DNA of 64,000 bases from Isoptericola halotolerans (GCF_013149785.1 NZ_JABEZU010000002.1:310001-374000), one strand, 5' to 3'; positions 22,394 through 32,584 are shown, numbered from the stretch's first letter. Translations and numbers: made by a program. Notes: a model not told the origin generated them from the sequence alone.

Positions 22394-24535
22394 TCAGAAG
22401 CGTCCGCCGGCCCCGCCGCGACCGCCACCGCCGAACCCGCCGCCGAACCCGCCGCGCGACCCCCCGCGCGAGCCTCCGCCGCCGCCGAAGCCGCCGCCGC
22501 CTCCTCCGAAGCCACCGGAGCCGCCCCTGCGGCGCCCGGAGCCGCCACGCAGCACCGCGTCGAGGACGATCCCCCCGAGGATCATGCCGCCGACGTCCGC
22601 CGACCGCCCGCTCGACCCGCCGAAACCACCCGGGCCGCCGTGGCGCATGTCCCAGCCGGAGGTGTCGGTCTGGGCCATCTGCGTGGCCTGCTGCGCGTAC
22701 CGCTCGGCCTGCTGGGCTGCCGCGAGGGCGGCGTGCGGGTCCGCCTGCTGCAGGGCACGCGACTCGCCGGCCAAGCGTTCCGCCTCGGCGAGCCGGGTCC
22801 GGGCGTCCGGTCCGACCGCGCCACGGCGCGTCGTCACATAGCTCTGCGCCGCCCGGAGCTGAGACTCGACCCGGCCCAGGACGTCACGCAGCAACGCACG
22901 CGCCCTCGCGTCCGACTCCGCCTGCTGCCGGGCGGGGGCGAGGGCGTCGTCGAGCGCGGCCTCGGCGGCCGTGAGCCGGGCGAGCGCGGCGAGGGGGTCG
23001 CCGCCCGTGCGGGCGGCGCTCGCCTGCTCGGCAGCGGAACGGGCCTCCGTGGCGGCCTGCTGCACCACGGGGTCCGAGGGCGCCAGGCGTTCGGCATCGA
23101 GGATGTCCTGGGTGATCGACGCGATGCCCTTGCCGAGGTTGGTCCCGGCCGACGCGAGGTCGACCTCGGCGCTCTCGACGGCGTCGAGCAGCGTCACGGC
23201 CTGGCCGAGGGCGTTCTGCGCGGCCCGGGCATCGGCGACCGCCACCGCCTTCTTGCGCTTCTGCACGGCCGTCCGCCCCGCCGTGACCGCGTCGCGGGCG
23301 TTCTCCACGAGGGCCGCGGCCTGGTCGGGGTTGTCCCGGACGGACGCCAGCGCGGAGGCGGGGTAGGTGGCGTTCAGCCCGGCGAGCGTGCGGCGCGCCA
23401 CCTCGATCCGGGCCTCGATCTCACCCGCGCGCTGCTCGGCCTCGTCGAGGACCTGCGGGGCGCGGGACTGCAGGCGGCGCAGGCCGTCGAACGACTCCGA
23501 CTGGGCGTCCAGGGCCGACGCGGCCGCCTCGCACCGCCGCACGACGTCGGCGAGCAGAGCCCGCCGACGCGCGGCGTCGGCCGGCGGGACCTCCCCCGGT
23601 GCGCCGTCGTCGATGCTCTGGCGGATCCGGAACGCCTCCGCGACGTCCTGGCGGGCCTGGTCGAGCACGGTGCCGAACTCTCGCGTCGCCTCGGTGCCGA
23701 ACTCGGCCTGCGCGAAGCCGAGCTCCTGCTCGGACGTGCGGATCGCGTCGTCGACGCTCACCAGGGCGCTGCCGGCGCGCTGGGCGAGCTCGGCGTCGGT
23801 GAGGTTCGCGAGCGGGTCCGGGTCCGGCCCGCCCGCGCCGGTGCGGGCGGCCGCCGCGGCGGCACCGCGGCGGGTCAGCTCCTTGTCGCGTCGGGAGCGG
23901 GTCCACAGGAGCGCCCCGAGCCCGACGACGGCGGCGAGCCCACCGATCAGCACCGGGCCGGACAGCGAGAAGCCGCCCGACGTGCCGGACGTCGCCGAGC
24001 CCGACGCGGCACCGCCGGATCCCGTCACGGCGAGCGTCGCGTCGACGGCTGCCACCGTGGCGCCGGCCCAGTCGTCGTCACGCAGCGCGTCGACCGTGGC
24101 GTCGCGGATGGCGTCGAGCTGCTCTTCGCTCAGGTCGACGTTGTTGTCCCAGCTCAACCCGTACAGGCGGTCCTCGGTGGCGACGGCGAGCAGCAGGTCG
24201 GAGGCGCCGAGCTGTGCGTTGGTCGCCGTGGAGTCCGCCCAGGCCCGGCCGTCGACGCCGTCGAACCGGTCCGTGTAGACGACGAACAGCTGGTAGGAGG
24301 TCTCGTCGGCCAGCTCGTCGAGGGCTTCCTGGACCTCCGCCAGCTCGCCGTCGCTGAGCACGTCCGCCGTGTCGGTGACGTCGCCGTCCAGGTCGGTCAG
24401 GGGAGGCTGCGCGTGCGAGACGCCGACGGCGAGGGTGAGGGCCACGGGCAGGGCGGCGACCAGCAGCAGCGTCCGGCGGGCGAGGACGGCCGTGCGTCGC
24501 CGCACGGCCTGGGGAGACGGGATCACGGAGTGCAT
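22394..24535 (-). CDS. TPM-domain membrane protein with coiled coil and Gly-rich tail
   Basis: Signal-like N-terminus, VTDTADVLS..LFVVY..LLLAVA (TPM), TM helix, helical region, GGFGGG tail; start uncertain. Confidence 0.8.
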   Translation of the reverse strand: MHSVIPSPQAVRRRTAVLARRTLLLVAALPVALTLAVGVSHAQPPLTDLDGDVTDTADVLSDGELAEVQEALDELADETSYQLFVVYTDRFDGVDGRAWADSTATNAQLGASDLLLAVATEDRLYGLSWDNNVDLSEEQLDAIRDATVDALRDDDWAGATVAAVDATLAVTGSGGAASGSATSGTSGGFSLSGPVLIGGLAAVVGLGALLWTRSRRDKELTRRGAAAAAARTGAGGPDPDPLANLTDAELAQRAGSALVSVDDAIRTSEQELGFAQAEFGTEATREFGTVLDQARQDVAEAFRIRQSIDDGAPGEVPPADAARRRALLADVVRRCEAAASALDAQSESFDGLRRLQSRAPQVLDEAEQRAGEIEARIEVARRTLAGLNATYPASALASVRDNPDQAAALVENARDAVTAGRTAVQKRKKAVAVADARAAQNALGQAVTLLDAVESAEVDLASAGTNLGKGIASITQDILDAERLAPSDPVVQQAATEARSAAEQASAARTGGDPLAALARLTAAEAALDDALAPARQQAESDARARALLRDVLGRVESQLRAAQSYVTTRRGAVGPDARTRLAEAERLAGESRALQQADPHAALAAAQQAERYAQQATQMAQTDTSGWDMRHGGPGGFGGSSGRSADVGGMILGGIVLDAVLRGGSGRRRGGSGGFGGGGGGFGGGGGSRGGSRGGFGGGFGGGGRGGAGGRF

Positions 24536-24764
24536 CGTTCCGCGCACGCGGGCGCTGCGCAATCCCGGGGTGGGTGACGTGCACACGGTCGGTGTCTACT
24601 CGAGCCCTTCCGCGGCGGCTGACGCTCGGGGTCGCGAGCAGGTCGGAGTCGACCAGCCCGTGCCGCGTCAGGTACGACGACGAAGCTCACCGCCGGGTTC
24701 GTCTCCAGGGCGCGGGAGAGATAGGCGCCGTAGGCCGTGACGGAGGCGTCCGCCCTGCGGCGGG

Positions 24765-25676
24765 TCACGACGCGGGCGAGCCGATCCTCCCGCGGAGCAC
24801 GTCCACGACCCGGGACCAGGAGTCACCGCCGTGCCCGGCGTCCACCGCGCTGCGCGCGAGCCGACGCATCAGCTCGGGCAGCGCGGGGTCGACGCCGGTG
24901 GACTCGCTGGTGGCGACCATGTGCTCCAGCGCCGCGAGCTCCATGGTGACCGTGTCCTCGTGCCCCGGGTGGGTGCCGGCGTCGACGTCCGCCGCGAGGC
25001 CGTCCACCGTGACCGGCAGCAGCTCGAGCACGCTGCGGGCGTGGACGGCGAACGTCCTGGCGTCGATGCCCTCGTGCGCGACCATGGCGGCCGCGTGCAG
25101 GAACGCGGTCATCCCGGCGAAGTAGACCTCGAGCATGGCCGTGTCCAGCAGGGACGCGTGGCCCGGGTTCTCGCCCACGTGCTCGGTGCGGCCGGCCAGC
25201 ATCTCCAGGACGTCACGGTGCTGCTCGACGAGTCCCGGGTCGCCCGCGTAGAGGATCTGCGCCTCCGCGGTGCCGATCAGCGGCACCGGGGCCATGATCG
25301 CGCCGAGCAGCACCGTGATCCCGTGCGCCGTGGCCCACGCGTGCGTGGTCCGGGCCTCGTCCGGCGTCGCCGAGGCGAGGACCACCACGGTCCGTCCGCG
25401 CAGGGCCTCCGGCGGCACGGTGGCCAGCAGGGCACGCGTGGTCTCGTGGTCACGCAGGCACGTGATCACCAGGTCGGCCGAACTGAGGGCCTCGGCGAGG
25501 TCGGTCGCCGGGACGGCGCCCTCGCCCGCGAGGGCCTCGGTGCGCGAGCGGGTGCGGTTCCAGACGGTCGGGGGTGTGGTGCCGGCGGCCAGGAGCGCTC
25601 GGGCGAGCGCCGTTCCCATGGGGCCGAGGCCGATGACTGCGGTGCGGGTCGGGGCAGGGGCGTGATCGAGGGTCAT
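24765..25676 (-). CDS. NAD(P)-dependent oxidoreductase, imine reductase / beta-HAD family
   Basis: IGLGPMG, VWNRT, GAIMAP, LLDTAML. Confidence 0.82.
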   Translation of the reverse strand: MTLDHAPAPTRTAVIGLGPMGTALARALLAAGTTPPTVWNRTRSRTEALAGEGAVPATDLAEALSSADLVITCLRDHETTRALLATVPPEALRGRTVVVLASATPDEARTTHAWATAHGITVLLGAIMAPVPLIGTAEAQILYAGDPGLVEQHRDVLEMLAGRTEHVGENPGHASLLDTAMLEVYFAGMTAFLHAAAMVAHEGIDARTFAVHARSVLELLPVTVDGLAADVDAGTHPGHEDTVTMELAALEHMVATSESTGVDPALPELMRRLARSAVDAGHGGDSWSRVVDVLRGRIGSPAS

Positions 25677-25711
25677 ACAGTGAGTCTCAGCAGAACCGTC
25701 CGTCAGCGGAA

Positions 25712-25751
25712 GTACCCACTTCCAGGTGCGTACCCACCACCTGGTGCGTGC
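25712..25751. promoter_or_regulatory. Tandem imperfect palindromes, putative operators of the HxlR-family regulator
   Basis: GTACCCAC-N6-GTGCGTAC (25712-25733) and GTACCCAC-N6-GTGCGTGC (25730-25751) in the divergent intergenic region. Confidence 0.55.
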
Positions 25752-25770
25752 CTGGTGCGAGGAGGAGAGC

Positions 25771-26103
25771 ATGACCGAGTTCCTGTGCGGCCTCGACGCG
25801 GCGGTCGCCGTCGTCGGCGGCAAGTGGAAGCCCCTGGTCCTGTGGGCGCTGTCGGTGCAGCCCCGCCGCACCGGTGAGCTGCGGCGAGAGCTGGCCGGCG
25901 TCTCCGAGAAGGTGCTGATCCAGCAGCTCCGCGAGCTGGAGCGCGACGGGGTGGTGCGCCGTGTGGTGCACGACCAGGTGCCACCCAAGGTCGTCTACAG
26001 CCTCACCGACGACGGCGCCGAGCTGGAGCGAGCGCTCCGACCGCTCGGGGACTGGGGCGAGGAGCGCATCGTCGAGATCAACTCGGCTCGACAGGGCGCG
26101 TGA
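25771..26103 (+). CDS. HxlR-family winged-helix regulator
   Basis: VGGKWKPLVLW, GVSEKVLIQQLRELE, VPPKVVYSLT; GAGGAG RBS. Confidence 0.9.
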   Translation: MTEFLCGLDAAVAVVGGKWKPLVLWALSVQPRRTGELRRELAGVSEKVLIQQLRELERDGVVRRVVHDQVPPKVVYSLTDDGAELERALRPLGDWGEERIVEINSARQGA

Positions 26104-26121
26104 CGCCTCGCCTGGGGCGGG

Positions 26122-27120
26122 TCAGGCCGTCACGTGGTCGGGCGAGGCTGCCCGCAGCTTCTCGAGGAGCGGTCCGGCGGCCTCCGCGAGGAACTGCTCC
26201 TGCTTCTCGTCACCGATCTGGTGGATCACCAGGTCGGTGAAGCCTGCCTCCCAGTAGGCCGACGCCGCCTCGACCACGGCGTCGAGGTCCGGGCCGCACG
26301 GGATCGACCCTGTGACGTCCTCCGGCCGGACGAACGCGCTGGCGTCCTCGAACGCCTCGGTCGTGGGCAGGTTCGCGTTCACCGGCCAGCCGAGCCCGAA
26401 CCAGCGGAACTGGTCGTGCGCGCGTGCCACGGCGGTGTCGCGGTCCGGGTCCCAGGAGATCGGCATCTGCGCGATCTTCCGGGAGGCGGGCAGGTCGGCG
26501 TCCTCGCGCTCGCCGTCCCACTGCTCCAGCAGCCGGGCCTGCGGCTCGGTCGCGATCAGGTGGTCGGACAGCGTCGCGAAGTGACCCACCGACTGCGCGC
26601 CGGAGACGGCGACGCCGATCTCCACGGGGTGCTCCGGCAGGTCCCACAGCCGCGCCGAGTCCACCTGGAAGTGGTCGCCGCGGAAGCTCAGCAGGTCACC
26701 CCCGAACAGCGCGGAGATGATCTGCACCGCTTCGGAGAGCATCTCGTGACGCTCGTCGACGGCCGGCCAGCCGGCGCCCACCACGTGCTCGTTGAGGTTC
26801 TCCCCGGAACCGAGCCCCAGCGTGAACCGCCCGTCGGACAGCAGACCCATGGTGGCGGCCTTCTGGGCCACCACGGCAGGGTGGTACCGCAGTGTCGGGC
26901 AGGTCACGAACGACATCAGGCCCACCCGCTGTGTCGCCTGGGCCACGGCCCCCAGCACGCTCCACGCGTACGGCGAGTGGCCCTGGGAGTCCAGCCAGGG
27001 GAAGTAGTGGTCGCTCATCACCTCGAACTCGAAGCCGGCGTCCTCGGCCCGGACCGCGTAGTCGACGAGGCTCCGCGGACCGGACTGCTCGGTCATCAGG
27101 GTGTATCCGAACCTGGTCAC
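26122..27120 (-). CDS. LLM-class, probably F420-dependent, oxidoreductase
   Basis: MSDHYFPW, HSPYAWSVLG, VTCPTLRYHP, GLGSGENLNEH. Confidence 0.87.
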   Translation of the reverse strand: MTRFGYTLMTEQSGPRSLVDYAVRAEDAGFEFEVMSDHYFPWLDSQGHSPYAWSVLGAVAQATQRVGLMSFVTCPTLRYHPAVVAQKAATMGLLSDGRFTLGLGSGENLNEHVVGAGWPAVDERHEMLSEAVQIISALFGGDLLSFRGDHFQVDSARLWDLPEHPVEIGVAVSGAQSVGHFATLSDHLIATEPQARLLEQWDGEREDADLPASRKIAQMPISWDPDRDTAVARAHDQFRWFGLGWPVNANLPTTEAFEDASAFVRPEDVTGSIPCGPDLDAVVEAASAYWEAGFTDLVIHQIGDEKQEQFLAEAAGPLLEKLRAASPDHVTA

Positions 27121-27173
27121 CCGACCACGGTGGGACGGATGTCGGATGCCCGCACCCCGACGACCTGACGGCT

Positions 27174-27451
27174 GCCCCCACCCGCTACTTCGCTCCGTCC
27201 AGCTCCTCGGTTCCCTCGGTCGGAGCCGGACTGCGCTGCGTAGCGGGCGGGATTCCTCGTGAGCCCTCGGTCGTGATCGACCTGCACTCGCAAGCTCGCT
27301 CCGGACGACCACTCGGGCCTCGGCCCCCACCCGCTACTTCGCTCCGTCCAGCTCCTCGGTTCCCTCGGTCGGAGCCGGACTGCGCTGCGTAGCGGGCGGG
27401 ATTCCTCGTTCCTCGGCCCCACCCGCTACTTCGCTCCGTCCAGCTCCTCGG
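27174..27451. repeat. Composite palindromic tandem repeat overlapping the XPB 3' end
   Basis: Two identical 87-bp units (27174-27260, 27323-27409) plus a 36-bp partial unit (27416-27451); full units contain CCCGCTAC...GTAGCGGG inverted ends; a different 62-bp hairpin-like linker separates units 1 and 2. Confidence 0.92.
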
Positions 27452-29105
27452 CGTCGACGATGCGGTAGGCGTAGCCCTGCTCCGCCAGGAACCGCTGGCG
27501 GTGGGCCGCGAAGTCCTGGTCGACCGTGTCCCGGGCGACGACGGCGTAGAAGTGCGCCGTGCGGCCGTCCTGCTTGGGCCGCATCACCCGGCCGAGCCGC
27601 TGCGCCTCCTCCTGGCGGGAACCGAACGACCCCGAGACCTGGATCGCCACGGAGGCCTCCGGCAGGTCGATGGAGAAGTTCGCGACCTTGGACACCACCA
27701 GCCGGGAGATCTCCCCGGACCGGAACGCGCCGAACAGCTTCTGGCGCTCGCGGACGGTCGTCGCGCCGGTGATCAACGGCGCGTCCAGGTGCTCGGCAAG
27801 CTCGGTGAGCTGGTCGATGTATTGCCCGATGACCAGCACCTGGTCGTCCGGGTGCTGTGCGACGAGCCGTTCCACCACGCGGTTCTTGCCCGGGGCGCAG
27901 GCCGCGAGCCGGTACTTGTCCTCCGGCTCGGCGGTGGCGTACACCATCCGCTCGTGCTCGGGCAGGGTCAGGCGCACCTCGACGCAGTCCGCCGGGGCGA
28001 TGTAGCCCTGCGCCTCGATGTCCTTCCACGGGGCGTCGTAGCGCTTGGGCCCGATGAGGGAGAACACCTCGTCCTCGCGGCCGTCCTCGCGCACCAGCGT
28101 CGCGGTCAGGCCGAGCCGACGTCGGGCCTGCAGGTCGGCGGTCATGCGGAAGATCGGGGCGGGCAGCAGGTGGACCTCGTCGTAGACGACGAGGCCCCAG
28201 TCGCGGGCGTCGAGCAGCTCCAGGTGCGTGTAGACGCCCTTCCGTCGGGTCGTGAGCACCTGGTACGTCGCGATCGTGACGGGCTTGATCTCCTTGCGCG
28301 CGCCCGAGTACTCGCCGATCTCGTCCTCCGTGAGCGAGGTGCGCCGGATCAGCTCGTCGCGCCACTGCCGGGCGCTGACGGTGTTCGTCACCAGGATGAG
28401 CGTCGTCGTGCCGGACTTCGCCATCGCCCCCGCGCCGACGATCGTCTTGCCGGCGCCGCAGGGCAGGACGACGACGCCGGACCCGCCGTGCCAGAACCCG
28501 TCGACGGCCTGTGCCTGGTACGGGCGCGGCTCCCAGTCGGAGGCCTCCTCGCCCGGGTGGACGGGCTTCGTCGTCGGCGACAGCGTGATCGGGTGCTTCT
28601 CGCCGTCGACGTAGCCGGCGAGGTCCTCGGCGGGCCAGCCGAGCTTGACCAGCGCCTGCTTGAGGTTCCCTCGCTCGGACGGGTGCACCGCCACGGTCGT
28701 GTCGTCGATCCGGTCGCCGACCAGCCCCTTGGTCCGCTTGGACTTGAGCACCTCGGCCAGCACGGCGGCGTCGGTGGACTCCAGCACGAGCCCGTGCGTG
28801 GGGTGGGCGGCGAGCGTGAGACGCCCGTAGCGGCCCATCGTCTCGGCGACGTCGATCAGCAGCGCGTGCGGCACGGGGTAGCGCGAGTACGCCATGAGCG
28901 TGTCGACGACCTGCTCGGCGTCGTGCCCGGCGGCGCGCGCGTTCCACAGACCGAGATTGGTCAGCCGGTACGTGTGCACGTGCTCGGGGGCGCGCTCGAG
29001 CTCGGCGAACGGGGCGATGGCGCGGCGCGCGTCCCCGGACTGCGGGTGCTCGACCTCCAGGAGGATCGACTTGTCGCTCTGGACGATGAGGGGGCCGTCG
29101 GGCAT
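27426..29105 (-). CDS. DNA repair helicase XPB (Ercc3-like)
   Basis: GPLIVQSDK, LERAPEHVHTY, LPCGAGKT, DEVH, GLTAT, SRQEEAQRLGR. Confidence 0.93.
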   Translation of the reverse strand: MPDGPLIVQSDKSILLEVEHPQSGDARRAIAPFAELERAPEHVHTYRLTNLGLWNARAAGHDAEQVVDTLMAYSRYPVPHALLIDVAETMGRYGRLTLAAHPTHGLVLESTDAAVLAEVLKSKRTKGLVGDRIDDTTVAVHPSERGNLKQALVKLGWPAEDLAGYVDGEKHPITLSPTTKPVHPGEEASDWEPRPYQAQAVDGFWHGGSGVVVLPCGAGKTIVGAGAMAKSGTTTLILVTNTVSARQWRDELIRRTSLTEDEIGEYSGARKEIKPVTIATYQVLTTRRKGVYTHLELLDARDWGLVVYDEVHLLPAPIFRMTADLQARRRLGLTATLVREDGREDEVFSLIGPKRYDAPWKDIEAQGYIAPADCVEVRLTLPEHERMVYATAEPEDKYRLAACAPGKNRVVERLVAQHPDDQVLVIGQYIDQLTELAEHLDAPLITGATTVRERQKLFGAFRSGEISRLVVSKVANFSIDLPEASVAIQVSGSFGSRQEEAQRLGRVMRPKQDGRTAHFYAVVARDTVDQDFAAHRQRFLAEQGYAYRIVDAEELDGAK

Positions 29106-29210
29106 GCGGGTCCTTCCGGTGGGTGTCCAGGGTGGCAACGCCGTGGGCCGTGCTGCTGTTCCGGCCCTCAGTGTGACTCGTCGGACGGTTCGCGGCGCGC
29201 GACCGCCGGG

Positions 29211-31511
29211 TCAGTCGAGGGGCTCCACCGACGCGATGCGGTGCACGGCGATCGTCAGCTCCGCCTCGCGCTGGGGGTCGAGCGCTCGCAGGCGCCCGCC
29301 GTCGAGCCGCATCGGCTTGAGCTCGCGCCGCACGAGGGTGCCGGACCCGCCGACCATCTCGATCAGGACCGTGCGGCCCTCGCGCAGCGCGTCGTGCAGC
29401 AGGGCCAGGGCGTCCCCGGGCTGGTTCGCCCCCTGCCCGACGGCGGCACCTGTCGAGGAGGGCACCTCGCCGGGCGAGGCGCTCACCCGCGCCGGGGTGC
29501 CGCCGTCGGGCGCGGCGTCCGCGGACGGCGCCGTGCCGCGCAGCCGGGCCACGAGCGCCGTGCGGGCCTCGGCCGTCGTGTCGCGGACAGCAGCTGCGGG
29601 GCGGCGTGACCACGCGGCCCGCTCGAGCCGCACGGTACGGCGCACCGGCCCCAGCGGCCGGCCGTCCGGGCCCTCCAGTCCGGACAGCAGGCCACGGTCG
29701 CGCAGCACGTCGTGCAGCTCGGCGGCCGGGACGGCGGCGGCGAGCACCGTCGGTGCGAGGCGCACGAGCCCCAGCCCGGCGAGGCGCGGGTCCTCCACGA
29801 GCCCGGCCAGCGCTGTCGGGTCGGCGGATCGCACGTACGACGTCGCCGACCCGACGCGCACGGCCTCGTGGCGACGTGCGGTGTCCTTGACCAGGTACTC
29901 CAGCGCCTGGGGCACGGGCACCGGCGACCGTGCGGAGAGCTCGGCGAGGAGCTCTGCACCGCTGCGACCGTGATCCAGCGCCCGGGTCACCGAGGTCGTG
30001 GAGAACCGGACGGTGGTGGCCGCCCCGCGGGACTCGACGTCGGCCGCCTGGTCCAGCAGCCGGGCGAGCGCCGGGGACGGGCGTCCGGGGACGATGCCGG
30101 TGAGGTCTCCCTGGAGCAGCACCTCGTCGACCTCGGCCGGGAGCACCGCGCGCAGCGCACGGGCGAGGTCCGCGTCCGGCGCGGCGACAGGCTCCGTGGA
30201 CGGGCTGCTGGCCGCCAGCGCGTGACCGGGGGAGGACAGCGCCCCCGCCCCGGTGACGCCGAGGAGCGACGCCTCGCGCAGCAGCCCGGCCAGGGCGGCC
30301 TCCGGGGGAACCGTGCGCGGCGAGTGCCACCGCAGCACGGCGAGCACGTCGTCGGCGTCCAGCGCCGTCCCGGGCTGTGCCGCCAGCACGTCGAGGACCT
30401 GTGCGCGCAGCCGGGGCACCCACGGGCGGTGCAGCTCCGGCGACAGGGGTGCGCGCAGGGCGCCCTTCTCGTCGCGTGAACCCACCTGCCACGGGGTCCG
30501 TCTCGACGTCCTCCAGGCAGCCGCCAGCCACGCCCATCGCCCCGCGTCGTCGGTCTCCTCCCACACGTCCGCCTTGGTGGTGGGCACGTACGACGCCGGG
30601 GCCTCGCCGTCGTCGGACACCAGGCCGGCGCTCGCCGCGAGCTCGACGACGAAGGCGGCCGTGGCCTCCTCGGTCTCCAGGAGCGCTGCTGTGCGGCGCA
30701 GGTCGCGGACCCCGAGCCCGCCGGCGCGCAGCACGGACGGCGGGCCGTCGTCCCAGGCGGTGATCAGCCGTGCGACCTGGCGGACGGTCTCCAGCGCGGC
30801 GACGGCCGACTCGGCGTCGGCTCCGGCGCGCGGCACCTCGCGGCCCGTCGGACGGGGCGGCGCGAGGTCTGGTGCCCGGTGCGTGCGCCCTCCGCGCAGG
30901 GCGAGCCCGACGTCGCGGGGGAGCAGCACGTGCCGGGCGTCGGAGCGCACCAGCAGACCCGCCTCGACGAGCTCGTCGACGGCCTGCCGCGGTGCGGTGC
31001 CGGGCGGTGGCACCACACCGACCGGGGGTCCCCAGGCGAGCGCGTCGAGGATCGGTCGCGCGCCGGGCGGGAGGTCGTCCGGCGACGCTGTCGGCACGGC
31101 GGCGTCGCGGGCCGGACCCAGCCCGGCGGGGTAGGGGCCGAGCACCTCGTCCAGCCCGGGTGCGGGGCGTACGCCCTGGCCCTCGTCCCACACCAGGGCG
31201 GCCGTGCGCGCGGTGTCGAGCACGCGGCCGACGGCGGCCCCCGCCTCCGGTGCGCCGAGCGCGGCCGCGACCCGGTCGGCGTCGACCGGGTCGCCGTCGT
31301 GGGAGAGGGCGAGCAGCGCCTCGAGCACCTGGAGGGTGCCGGCGTCGAGGTGGCCCAGGGCGCGGTCGAGGCTGGTCCGGCTGGCGGCCCGAGCTGCCAG
31401 CGAGCGCAGGGTGGACGGGGCGGGGGTGCCGAGGTCCGGTCGGGCGGCGAGCAGGGCGAGGAGCTCGTCCTCGGTGCGGGTGCGCACCCATTCGGTGTAG
31501 CTGCCGGCCAT
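29211..31511 (-). CDS. Helicase-associated domain protein (XPB partner, Rv0862c-like)
   Basis: LLAARPDL..P.P, LLQGDLTGIVPG, ADVESRG; upstream of XPB; ATG 7 nt after TAGCAT. Confidence 0.82.
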   Translation of the reverse strand: MAGSYTEWVRTRTEDELLALLAARPDLGTPAPSTLRSLAARAASRTSLDRALGHLDAGTLQVLEALLALSHDGDPVDADRVAAALGAPEAGAAVGRVLDTARTAALVWDEGQGVRPAPGLDEVLGPYPAGLGPARDAAVPTASPDDLPPGARPILDALAWGPPVGVVPPPGTAPRQAVDELVEAGLLVRSDARHVLLPRDVGLALRGGRTHRAPDLAPPRPTGREVPRAGADAESAVAALETVRQVARLITAWDDGPPSVLRAGGLGVRDLRRTAALLETEEATAAFVVELAASAGLVSDDGEAPASYVPTTKADVWEETDDAGRWAWLAAAWRTSRRTPWQVGSRDEKGALRAPLSPELHRPWVPRLRAQVLDVLAAQPGTALDADDVLAVLRWHSPRTVPPEAALAGLLREASLLGVTGAGALSSPGHALAASSPSTEPVAAPDADLARALRAVLPAEVDEVLLQGDLTGIVPGRPSPALARLLDQAADVESRGAATTVRFSTTSVTRALDHGRSGAELLAELSARSPVPVPQALEYLVKDTARRHEAVRVGSATSYVRSADPTALAGLVEDPRLAGLGLVRLAPTVLAAAVPAAELHDVLRDRGLLSGLEGPDGRPLGPVRRTVRLERAAWSRRPAAAVRDTTAEARTALVARLRGTAPSADAAPDGGTPARVSASPGEVPSSTGAAVGQGANQPGDALALLHDALREGRTVLIEMVGGSGTLVRRELKPMRLDGGRLRALDPQREAELTIAVHRIASVEPLD

Positions 31512-31553
31512 CTGCACGATGCTACGCCCGCCCCCTGGGGCCGGGCGGGTCCG

Positions 31554-32471
31554 TCAGGCCCGCGCCGTGGCGCGGCACACCTCGTCCCACGGTGTCGGGG
31601 CGATGCCGAACCGCTCCTGGGCGGCGGAGGAGTCGAGCACGTAGGGCGCCTCCCACTGGTAGGCGAGCTGGTGCAGCTCGCGCAGCAGGGGGGAGAAGGC
31701 CGCCACGGCCGCCCAGGCCGGTCCGCGGAGCGACGACACGGGCACCGCCGGTCGTCCGGCGGTGGTCAGCACGTCGGTCAGCGCCTGGGCCTGCGTGACC
31801 GGCGGGTTGCTGGGGACGTGCCAGGTGCGGCCGTGGGCGCCCGGGTCCTCGGCGGCGGCGACGAGCGTCCGGGCGACGTCGCGCACGTCGGTGAAGGTGT
31901 GCGGCAGGTCGGTGCGTCCCAGCATCCAGGCCCGCTTCCCGCGCAGCGCCGTCGGCACCACGCGTGAGACGTGCCCGTTGGCCCCGACGCCGGGGCCCAT
32001 GTAGTCCGAGCCGCGGACCTCGACGGCGCGCAGCCGCCCGGCCTCGTGCGCGGCGCGGGCGTCGGCCCACATCCCGGCGCGCAGGCGGCCCTTGTGGTCG
32101 GTGGCGGCGTCGGGGAGGTCCTCGGTCATCGGGCCGTCGACGTGGCCGTACGGGTACAGGTTGCCGGTGAGGGCGTAGACGGCGCCGGTCCGCTCGACAG
32201 CCTCCAGGAACGACGCCGCCAGGGGCGGCCAGACGGTCGACCAGCGGGTGTAGTCGGTGGGGTTGGCGCAGTTGTAGACGACGGCCGCGTGCTCGGCGGC
32301 GCGGCTGAGGGCGTCGGGGTCGGCGGCGTCGAGCGCGAGGTGCTCCACGCCGTCGAGCCCGGTGGTGCGCCCGGACCGGGTGGCGACCGCGACGGACGTG
32401 CCTCGCTCGGCGAGCAGGGCGGCGACGTGTCGTCCGACAGGTCCGGCGCCGACGACGAGATGACGATCCAT
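31554..32471 (-). CDS. NAD-dependent epimerase/dehydratase family protein
   Basis: VVGAGPVG Rossmann motif, GNLYPYG, HTFTDVRDVAR. Confidence 0.82.
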   Translation of the reverse strand: MDRHLVVGAGPVGRHVAALLAERGTSVAVATRSGRTTGLDGVEHLALDAADPDALSRAAEHAAVVYNCANPTDYTRWSTVWPPLAASFLEAVERTGAVYALTGNLYPYGHVDGPMTEDLPDAATDHKGRLRAGMWADARAAHEAGRLRAVEVRGSDYMGPGVGANGHVSRVVPTALRGKRAWMLGRTDLPHTFTDVRDVARTLVAAAEDPGAHGRTWHVPSNPPVTQAQALTDVLTTAGRPAVPVSSLRGPAWAAVAAFSPLLRELHQLAYQWEAPYVLDSSAAQERFGIAPTPWDEVCRATARA

Positions 32472-32488
32472 GATCAGTGCTCCTTGTT

Positions 32489-32552
32489 GTGAACGGTGCT
32501 CTCGAACTCAGCATGGACCCCGACGCCGCCTTGCACAAGAGCGGTGCTCTCG
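32489..32552. promoter_or_regulatory. Putative TetR operators
   Basis: GAACGGTGCTCTCG (32491-32504) and the palindrome AGAGC-GGT-GCTCT (32538-32550) between the divergent genes. Confidence 0.5.
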
Positions 32553-32584
32553 AGATGGAGCGCTGATCGTGGCACCATGTCGGG

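Noticed and set aside
22394..22560. GCC-rich short repeats as a mobile or regulatory repeat
   Set aside because: They encode the Gly-rich tail of the TPM-domain protein.
27174..27451. CRISPR array
   Set aside because: The sequence after repeats 1 and 2 is identical rather than a unique spacer, spacing is uneven (149 and about 93 bp), the third copy is the XPB gene end, and no cas genes are present.
27334..31491. 1385-aa minus-strand ORF and other long Arg/Pro/Gly-rich or antisense ORFs (e.g. 35674-39468 -, 13173-15047 -, 90-1574 +)
   Set aside because: Shadow frames expected in very high-GC DNA; they overlap well-supported genes and lack motifs.
27426..31511. XPB helicase pair as a novel defence system
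   Set aside because: Matches the conserved actinobacterial Ercc3/Rv0862c-like pair in its usual core neighbourhood.
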